Source: Setoptus koraiensis
Lineage: Eukaryota; Animalia; Arthropoda
NCBI GenBank assembly: GCA_048013815.1
Contig: CM106585.1
Location: forward strand, 15,624,001 to 15,688,000
Length of the DNA stretch: 64,000 nucleotides
Direction of reading: 5' to 3'
Shown: piece by piece, positions 23,137 to 32,536 of the stretch
Layout: the number at the start of each line of letters is the position of its first letter
Position numbering within the stretch: position 1 is the first letter of the stretch
The notes under the pieces: model-generated
Seen by the model: the letters and a program-made list of their open reading frames with translations, nothing else
Database searches by the model: none
What the model was told of the DNA's origin: nothing
Made by a program: the position numbers and the translations under genes

Positions 23137-23781
23137 ACTGATGTGTAAATAATGGAGCAAAATCAATATGATTTGTTTGCTATTATGATAAACCACGCAG
23201 ATTGATTGCATGGAAGATCTTTGACAAGCTCTAGAACTAATAATGTTTTCGATCCAAGGGAAACAAGAGGCTTATCCCTAGTATTATATATCTAATTGTT
23301 CTTTCTCTTGACAGATAGCATTCAGCATTGGGTAAAACTCGCGGCTAAAACAGGATGATCTTACAGGATTCCATAATACTTCAAGGATCACAAATAGTCC
23401 CCATTACTGGTACATGATGTTCATCTGAGGAGAATCTGGATTAACGAACCAGGACAATTTAAATTGGTACACAAACAACTCCAGGTATCTACCGATCTGA
23501 AAAGATAGCAATGCGGTAGTCATTGTTGTTTTTGCATCGCATTTTGACATGTTATATTCTGTCAAGAACTCGCTATTATTTTTCTCGATCGAATCTACAC
23601 ACAACTAACAAGCCGTAGAGTACTTCAATATAGTGCAATACCTACTGGGAGCTTGATGGTTTTCTATGAGTAATATTACTATTGGAACGTGATAGCCTGT
23701 GTCAATTGTTCGTCATCTCTTTCCTCACTATCTCAGACAATACCTTGTCGTATCACCGGATCAAGATAAAAGAGTCAAAAT

Positions 23782-25000
23782 ATGTCTATCATAAAACGGG
23801 AGATAGTCTTTCCGGGCAAAAAGGACCTAGGCCCTTTAGTACCAGACACCAAGTTTCAATATCATTTCAGGACTGTTGTAATTAGAGAGCCCGAAGGAAA
23901 GCGTATTCTCATAGACGATAGTCGCAACAAACTTAATAAATCCATGGAGACAATTTATGGTAAAGAATTCAAGCTCCCAATCTGGGAACAATGCTTGAAA
24001 TCTATGAAAGTGGGCGAAGTATGCAAGCTCACTATCCGTGATGATCCTGCTACCCACTTTATCTGTTTAAACTATGTGATTGTATCTAAATGCTTCCGGA
24101 AACACTGCGGCATCAAACCAGATCGTTGTAATCATGAGAGCGAAAGTAGTGGCATGCACAGGTGTTGTATGGCATTCCAAGATTCTCCTTACGAAGATCT
24201 GAATGAACTGATAAAGAACCCACCGGAGATATTTGAATTTACCTTTGAACTGTTATCAATTCAGCCACCAGAAGATTACCAAAAAGATGTATGGCAAATG
24301 AGCGACCAGGAGAAGTTGGACACACTGCCTAAGTTGAAAGATGAAGGTAACCAGCACTATAAACAGTGTAATTATAGTCGCGCAAAAAGTTGTTATGGTA
24401 AAGGTAGGGTTAGGTCTAAGTTGTGGCCTTATATCTTAATATTAATGTTGTTCGGAGTTATTTGTCGCATTCTGTTTTTACCTGATTATATACATTCTTT
24501 ATACAATTTTTCAGGTCTTGGTATCATTGACTCGTTAATGCTTAGAGAGAGACCCAGAGATGATGACTGGGTCAAATTAGACAATATGAAACTGCCATTC
24601 CTCCTTAATTTAGCCCAGATCGAGCTTATCCAAGATGGATATTATGATTGCATCAAGTATTCCGACGAGGCCCTCAGTAGGGATCCGACAAATATCAAAG
24701 CACTTTTCAGGTGAGACATAATATCATACTGGGACAATTTGAATGTATCGCAATGATATCGATACTAATTATTTATTCAAACCAACATTCTGTAAAAAAA
24801 AAAACAGGCGCGCCAAAGCTCATTCAGGGGCTTGGAATCTCAGTGATGCTAAAAAAGATTTCAAAAAATGTCTGGAGATCGATCCAACGATGGAAAAAGT
24901 GATCAAAAAACAGCTCGAAGAATTGAAGAATAAAGAAATAGCAAAGAACAAAGAAGACAGAGATCGGCTGAAAGGAAAAGGTATATTCTCGAACAACTAA
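23782..25000 (+). CDS. AIP: AH receptor-interacting protein (AIP/AIPL1-like FKBP-TPR co-chaperone), 3 exons (23782-24403, 24515-24710, 24808-25000), 336 aa
   Basis: TKFQYHFRT, IDDSR, GKEFKLPIWEQCLKSMKVGEV, FTFELLSI, LKDEGNQHY, PFLLNLAQ and NIKALFR|RAKAH..WN. Introns of 111 and 97 bp. Confidence 0.9.
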
Positions 25001-25430
25001 ATTGATCGATTCTAGACTTTGGGCGCAATCACGCGCATGCTTTAGCTGATAGTGTCTTGATCTATTCAGCGATCAGCATGTCGATATTCTACGGCAAGCC
25101 ACAATTTATCAGCCCTGTATGGATGTCTCATTTTGATCAAAACGATTCCTGTGGTCGAATTTGCTTGAATATTCTGTTCTTTTTGCAATTTCGCTTCGTT
25201 GCTAACCTGATCGAAAACAAATACCTTCCCCGCAAAAGAACCTGTCAAAGCTATTTTGTTATGCTCTATCAACTGCACAAGAAATCAATAAATCACTCGC
25301 AATCGGCCAACATTGTTTACTGCTTAATACTGCATTTATTCCAATGGTTAATTGTAACCTTAGTTATTTATTCACAATAGGCATGTGTGTCTCTCTTTCG
25401 GTCCACCCGTCTCTTAATACAATGTTATTT

Positions 25431-26007
25431 TCATTTACCCTTTCCCACAGGGTGCTTATCATACCAGCCGAAGGCCCCTTTCTTACCTGTCCATGCTCCC
25501 ATGTCCAGCCACCCTTTAACACCGTGGCCGTGATGATGATGACCTGTCAGAGAAATGAGAGATTCATTGTCATAACATGGTCATAATTTTGAACATCTTG
25601 TCATTGCCGGCCGGCAGCCAGACTTTCTTTCGATACTCACTTGCGGATGCCCTCAAATCTGGCCCATTGTGATATTGAGCCATGGGCCCGGACTCAGCCG
25701 AAGCTGTCTCTGTTTCATCAACTCCTACAATATCACTAGAGTTTATTGATTGATCGCCATCCGTATTCTGATTGGTCTCGGGTGATTCCCTAACATTAGA
25801 AGCATCATCATGTACCTCAAATAGCTCTGGTATCTCTTGAGTTTCTTCAATATTCATATCATTCCTTCGAAGATCTTGTAGCTGCATATCATTTTCTGAT
25901 TGTTTGCTGAGTTTTCCCCTGACATGTTTGCACTCATTCTTGCCAACAAATAGAGAACAAAACAGTAGTAGCAATGCCGCCATAAATAACCTGTGGTTGC
26001 TAGACAT
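25431..26007 (-). CDS. Secreted protein, 2 exons (26007-25641, 25543-25431), 159 aa: signal peptide, acidic spacer, C-terminal His/Trp/Gly-rich peptide
   Basis: GTGAGT donor after GCATCCGCAA and a TTTCTCTGACAG acceptor give a 97-bp intron. The join is in frame: DLRASA-SHHHHGHGVKGWLDMGAWTGKKGAFGWYDKHPVGKGK*. The N-terminus is a hydrophobic signal (LFMAALLLLFCSLFVG). Confidence 0.75.
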
Positions 26008-28711
26008 TATTTGTGTATTTTTGTGGCTTGTGGTATTTCTTGAATTGAACTTCAATATAGACAATATTCTGATATGAGATGTTGTTGGTAGGACAGACTT
26101 TCAATGAATGAGCGGTTTATTTGCAATGAATTCAAATTATAGAAAAGTTACAAACTTTAAAAAGAACATCTAATGTATCTAGAATGAAATTCTATCACTG
26201 TCTCAATGTTGGCTTACTTCAGCTCCAACAAATGGAATCACTTATAGTGTATTGGTTGGCGACAAATTATGCTTCCTGAATAAGACCGGTAGATTGTAAA
26301 ATCTTACATAAAAACCATCTCTTGTTCTCATGGCAAGTTTGTAGAAATACCGGATTTAGAGAAGAAACAGCAATATTGCAAACCAATTGTTCATTGTTGA
26401 TGCTGCTGACAACTTGATATATGGCTAGATCGATTTGGTGTGAAGTCAACAATTAATTGAATGTTGCAGCTTAAGCTCCCATCTACTTGAGCTTTCTACT
26501 CATGTGGCTAAGTTGCTGCATTTTGTTTAGTTTGACAATCCGTAATAAACCAGGAAGAAACAGTGATCCAACCAACATGAAATCTTCGGATATCAAGAGC
26601 AAATAACCGTCATTCTTGTGACTAAGACACAGTGGCCCTCTGTACCTTTGTAGCCTGCGCCGTTGTTATCATCTCTATAGAAGCTCCCTAGAAACTTTGA
26701 ATAGTAACTTTTTGCTAGTGTCGATCGATTGGCCATAACTGTTGATGCGGGTTCAATTTTCTTTATTTTCCGATAACTTATCAGATTTGTTTCATTCCAA
26801 ACTGAAGCTTTGTATGCACTTGCGAAGAGTAGTCATCAGTGCATGTATGTCACTTCAAACTCTTTGCTCCAAACTAGAGCTAATAGTTACTCTATCTCTC
26901 TTTCGTTCTATTGTCAAAACGTTCAGGCTTGACTAGTCTACCGCATTACTAGTCACGCCTTGCGATTTTTTTTTTTGTGTTTTTTTTTTCAATGAATACT
27001 TTTCTGTTATAAAAGACTACCAGAAAATGCCTCGATACTATCATCTGCCAGAAATTATGCCCATTCTTCGTAATTTTTCACCTCAATTATAATGGCCAGT
27101 GAATTTGAACAATGCAAACGTAGGATAGTCAGATTGTAGAGTGAGCCATTGCCCTCGATAAGGTATTCTCTGGGAGAATGAAAGTCTTTTGTGGGCTTTA
27201 TTCTTGCAAATAAACATTGAAAGCGTATAATTCAGAGAGAATGGTTGGCTATACTGAAATTATCACAGATCAAATTTGCATGATACGTAATCCTTCGATA
27301 CGTTTCTGGATTTCCTCTCCTTGAGGAACCGAGTGTGAAAATAGGTTCAGAGTATTCTCCATTGAGGCAATGATATAATTCTTCAAAACGCTTTCCAATG
27401 TGCCCTTGGATTGTGCATGTATGTTTCGCGTCTGGTACCAGGAAATTAGACATGTTACGAATGCAAGAGGTCTTCATTGACATGATTGCTGCTATAACGG
27501 GCGCCAAGCTCTAACTTTTTTCTTTCTTTCTTGTAGTTGTCGCATTTCATAGTTCCTCGGAAAAGGTGTCGACTCAAAAAAAACCTTGTATCCGTGTAAA
27601 CAGGGCCTGACTCGCGAACGACAATCCGGAAACGGAAATCAGCCAGAGTCTTGGGTTCACCTGAAAAAGACCTCTTTAACAATAACACATTTTTGAAAAT
27701 CTGAGACCCAAAAGAGAAAGAGCCCAAACTGGGACCCTTTAACCGGTTTAGTATACATAAAATTTATTTGGGTGCTCAGTAAGTAATGAGGTTCTCCAGA
27801 CATCTTGAATTATGCTCATTTTATTCATACAAAAATTAGGCTCGATTTCTGGTACTCACCGCTCCGGTATTCATCCGAAGAATCTTCGAAATTTCGCAAC
27901 ATCACATATGCTTATCAGTATATCAAGATGAACGTCTAATACTGATGAGAAGCATATCGAACCCGAATGATCACCACGACTTTCCAAACTGGCTACCTGT
28001 CGAGCGAGGATAGAGTCATCTTCCATGCATAACGACAACATCTGAGAAAAGAATCACAACAAGATGGGATCTGCGGAGAATCAATGATCTTGCTTTCAGA
28101 ATCGTCACTAGGGCTGCCGGGGAATCAGTCGGCCATGATCTGGCTACAGAAAACATGATCTATGTTGCAATTCAAGAAAATACATGGTGAGTTCGAAAGA
28201 CTCGATCGTCGCTCGAATTTAAAGTCGAAAGAAGCCTTTAAGAAGTCAAAGTATTGATTCCAAGCGATCAATGTAGCGACCCTTACACCCTTGATAGAAT
28301 AGGTAGAATGATAACGTGGGCCAGGCAAATAGACAGGAAAATGATGGAAATAGTTCTGGATAGGCTGTGCATTGAAGAGTAAGAGTTGTGGTAAATTCGG
28401 ATGGACAACGATAAGATACAAAAATCTGTCTGATTCAAGAGATGAAGAGAGGAACATGGGTTAATATTTGAACTTGGAGATAAATCAAAATTCAACCCAC
28501 TGATGTGTTGTTGACGATTTTAAGTCAGATGTAAATGAACATTTTTTGTAGGCTTTATTCTTGCAAATAAACATCGAGAGAGAATGGTTGAATATAGACA
28601 ACCATCACATCTGTCATTCCATTTCTCAATGACTAAGCTCTATTTGATCGTGAAGAACATCTATTATACCTACGCCACTTGATCAGATAGATCTTGTCCT
28701 AATAGTCACCA

Positions 28712-29425
28712 TTATGTGGGTGGAATAAAATCATGAGGGATTTTACTCTTTTGATAGAAGTTGGTCTGAGCATTAATGGTCTGAATTAATTCATACGGAG
28801 AGGGCATTCTGCCTGATTCTATTTTGGACCAGATTGGTATATCGTTGTAATAAATCTCGAAAGCTCCTGTTGACATGAGATTGGATTCAATTGTTTGAGT
28901 TAAGAAAAATATCAGCATGGACGCGTACATTTTTCGCTCCGTTATATATGTCCAAATCTGCGGTGTGTCCATACCAAAGTATGTAAACGGGTTAACGTTG
29001 AAGAATATCAAGCCCAGAGTTACAACTTTGAAAATGAATAATAATTGAACTAATTGACTTCTAAGCCATGATGGCTGATGTAATCCACCAATAAAATGGA
29101 AATGTGGATATTTTTCTCTCAACAGTTTGACGGTTCCATCATATGCATTCTTGTAGCCACATGAATGACAATAGAGAATTTTGACAATTGGCGAATGCTC
29201 AACATTCCTTAGATGATCAGCTGAAAAAACTTGGTCAGTTGGCTCGAATGTAGCTTTGGATCCGCTATCAATACCACTGTCGATATCTAAGTTCATTTGG
29301 TGATGATTATGGATTTCTTTGTTGGATACTATCGGCTGTTTGGTTGTGGTGGTGGCAAATAGATCACGGCAGCTCAATGCCGCAAAAAGACCGACCACGA
29401 TGAAAAATACATTTTGCTCAATCAT
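28712..29425 (-). CDS. SELENOT: Selenoprotein T-like thioredoxin-fold protein, cysteine form (CHSC), 237 aa
   Basis: KILYCHSCGYKNAY, STGAFEIYYND.PIWSKIESGRMPS and SelT-type hydrophobic hairpin. The Sec position is TGT (Cys). Confidence 0.88.
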   Translation of the reverse strand: MIEQNVFFIVVGLFAALSCRDLFATTTTKQPIVSNKEIHNHHQMNLDIDSGIDSGSKATFEPTDQVFSADHLRNVEHSPIVKILYCHSCGYKNAYDGTVKLLREKYPHFHFIGGLHQPSWLRSQLVQLLFIFKVVTLGLIFFNVNPFTYFGMDTPQIWTYITERKMYASMLIFFLTQTIESNLMSTGAFEIYYNDIPIWSKIESGRMPSPYELIQTINAQTNFYQKSKIPHDFIPPT

Positions 29426-30044
29426 ATTGAGGCTCAGTTCTCTCTTTAAATACCTAATCCAATTCGATATCGACTTTTCTGTTTCCGTGGATAATTGATA
29501 TAGTCCGACACAATTGAATAGAGTAAATTTAATGATGCCTGTAAATAATTATTAATACATCTTATAGCATTCCTACACATGAGGCCATTGATTTTCACAT
29601 TTCATATTCTCGATCATATGGTTACCTTTTTATGTTCCGCAAATGCAAACTGATTTAATGTAAATCTACGAAGCGCAAACAAGGTCCGCTTGAGGGCGTT
29701 AGTTGCTTTCTTCTTTCTGAGTTGGCGAGCTCCAGAGTCTGCAGTCCAGACAGACCAGAGATTGGAATAACTGTATGAGTAGTTCAAAGAAAACAACATC
29801 AATCAGAACATTCTACCCTTAGCTGCACATTGTAATGCGCTGTCAGCTCCTCTACCGAGTTTTGTTTGAACTTCGAATTTGTAGATTGATCATTATTCGC
29901 ACCGAGTGACGCTGCAGTTGCTTTAGGATTTATTGTGCAGTTACTTTCAAAAAGATCCACCTTGGTTGTCCATTTTGCAACACGATTTTTTTTAGACTGA
30001 TCTTATTTATTAATGGTCGGTTTTGTCAGGAAACGATACAGCGG

Positions 30045-31343
30045 TCAACGATGAAACAATTGGGCTCCGTTATTCGGATCGGTAGTCCTCATTATACGCT
30101 CCGATATAAACTTGGACACCGCTTTAGATCTAAGCATACCAACATGGGTGACCCCTTTGAATTCCTTGGTGTATATTGGCTCCCTCTGCTGACTCTTCCA
30201 CTGTCGACATGATGACAAACTCTCGATATTCACTGTGCCATCACCATCTCCGTAAAGTGTGGCGCTTTTACTCTTTCCATCTATCGAGCCATCATATACA
30301 ATTTTACTAGCCGTCTCTATACCCGAACTGTATAAACACCACAATTCTACTTTGGGAGCGACCAAACTCTCTGCCACAGCCATGGTGTCCTTATGCATGA
30401 ATTTTGCTGGTAAATTATTGATATCTTCAAATAGTTGATCAATGTTGTCCAATGTGTAATTCTTATTCACAGTTTCAATTAGCAATCTATCTCTAGAGTA
30501 GGCTGGTAATCGCGGAAAAAGGTAGAATAAACTCGGAAAAGTGCCTTGAAGTTTGCGTACTATTTTACCATCAAGTATCGCAACGCCAAGTTTATCTCCA
30601 AATAGCATCGCATGTATAGCCATGAAAGAGCCAGACCACGGGGCCGCTATACTTATCATACGCCTGATGTATTTATTTCTCCACTTCGAGGACTTCTGAT
30701 TCAAGAGATGTACCGAGTTCAGGCAGCCCATAGAGTGGCAGATAAGTGAAATTCGCGAGCAATTATTACTTTCGTAACTTGCCTCTACGAGGTTGGTCAA
30801 ATTGGCGAAAAATTCACCTAGCTCATTTGGAGCCTTTCTGAAGTCATACGGTGCTGCCAACAAATCAATGTTCCGCCGATAATTGTTAATTTCAACAAGC
30901 TCATCTATTATATTAGCGAAATAATCAGTCTTTGGCAAACGTGATCTCTCCAGATACTCTACACTATCTACTGGTCCGAAGGACACTGGCCTAATTTCTA
31001 CTCCTGGTGTATTATTGGACTTATGAGTGACGTTATCATATGTTAGACTCATGTTATCTACAAAACAGTCTATAAAAACCGGAACCAAGAGGTGTACACT
31101 TAGCCAAATGTCAAACCACTGTTTTTTGTTTGCACAAAAATGATGTACCTTGTTCTCTTTATCCAGCTTTGCTTCCATTCTGCTGCCCCCATCACCGGGC
31201 ACTAAAACTACAGTCGTTCTAAGGGAGGCATCATCCCAGAATGTTGATTGATTATGTCTGCTATGACCCAGCGAGAGTATTCCGTTAGGTTCAATGGCAA
31301 TGTCATATAATAGGACTATAAAAGCTAATAGTTTGAGTTTCAT
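30045..31343 (-). CDS. PLA2G15: Lysosomal phospholipase A2 / LCAT family acyltransferase, intronless, 432 aa
   Basis: VVLVPGDGGSRMEAKL, WFDIWL, APYDFRKAP, CHSMG (nucleophile Ser), GDGDGTVN (Asp) and THVGML (His). Signal peptide present. Confidence 0.88.
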   Translation of the reverse strand: MKLKLLAFIVLLYDIAIEPNGILSLGHSRHNQSTFWDDASLRTTVVLVPGDGGSRMEAKLDKENKVHHFCANKKQWFDIWLSVHLLVPVFIDCFVDNMSLTYDNVTHKSNNTPGVEIRPVSFGPVDSVEYLERSRLPKTDYFANIIDELVEINNYRRNIDLLAAPYDFRKAPNELGEFFANLTNLVEASYESNNCSRISLICHSMGCLNSVHLLNQKSSKWRNKYIRRMISIAAPWSGSFMAIHAMLFGDKLGVAILDGKIVRKLQGTFPSLFYLFPRLPAYSRDRLLIETVNKNYTLDNIDQLFEDINNLPAKFMHKDTMAVAESLVAPKVELWCLYSSGIETASKIVYDGSIDGKSKSATLYGDGDGTVNIESLSSCRQWKSQQREPIYTKEFKGVTHVGMLRSKAVSKFISERIMRTTDPNNGAQLFHR

Positions 31344-32536
31344 GCTAGCGAGTAGTTGACGTTGACGATAGGTAGAAGGTTTGAGTTGTGCCAGTTTAGA
31401 AATGCTGAGACTAAATAAATAGTCGTTGTTCGTGCTGAACTACAACTACAACGCGTTATCATAGATATCATTTCGATAAAATGACTCGAAATTGCGTCAT
31501 CATAGATAGGGTTGATATCTTGTGCAATGTTGTGTATCGATCATAGATGTAATCTAGATGAACTAGCTGATAGGCGACAGTAGTTTGGTAAGCAGTGAAA
31601 GTGCCCAAGAACAAACTTCTTGTTAGCATCAGAAAACTCGTACAATTGTGATTTGTACGTACGTGATTTCATTCAGGGGAAGCTCATTTTCAAAAGTTTG
31701 AACCTTGAACAATAGAAAATAGAATAGCACAATAGTGATGTAATTTGAAATATACAAATTACATCACAGAGCCAGGCTAAACAGATCGAGAATACAGAAA
31801 ATTGATTATGGTTGCGGACACAGAAAAAAACGGGCCTTCCTAGCTTCATTTCTCTCATAGAACCAAGCCGGCGTTAAATTATTTTCTTCTCTTCTATGTC
31901 TTAAATTTAGTCTACACATTAATACATAAACTGATTTATGGAAAAAGCATTCGATAACAAACTCGATGATGCCAATGGATTGGTCATCTCAAGCATGACT
32001 GAGTGCGTTGGGTTGGAGTAGTTAGGCAGAGGTCGGAAAGTTTTGCCGCGATCTCGAACAACTGAAACTTTGTAGAAGGTGATGTAAGAATGTTGGAATC
32101 ATCAGAATGATCTCACAGCCCAGATATGTAACCGTGGGAATTTGTAAACAACTTGAAATAAGTTGCGCCCAGAAGCATCACAATGTGTCAATGCGACGCT
32201 ATTCAACAGCTAACAGTGTGGTGATGGTGATGGTGTGTTGGTATGTGTGTGTGTGCTTGTGCTTTTCCCCCTGGTATGTGCACGAGTTTTATGCGGTCAA
32301 CATGAAATAATCGCGAATTCCCTTTCTTCTTTTTACGATTGCAGCCTGACCGTTATTCAGTCCATCTGTATAATACAATGCAAATTCATAATATATTACG
32401 ACTTGTGATTTTAATTAATATCATGTTATGGGTAAACCTAGAATACATATAAGCATTATGTATATATTCAGATGATATTTTTTTTATTCTGTTTGTATGT
32501 TTAGGAAATTAGATTACAGGCGGACCACATCGGATC

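Noticed and set aside
25066-25278. 70-codon minus-strand ORF with a WD40-like look (ALTGSFAGKVFVFD)
   Set aside because: A single short stretch between convergent 3' ends, with no further repeats or linked exons.
27796-27940. Plus-strand frame ending EESSKFRNITYAYQYIK, reminiscent of a DnaJ helix
   Set aside because: No HPD motif, no start and under 50 codons.
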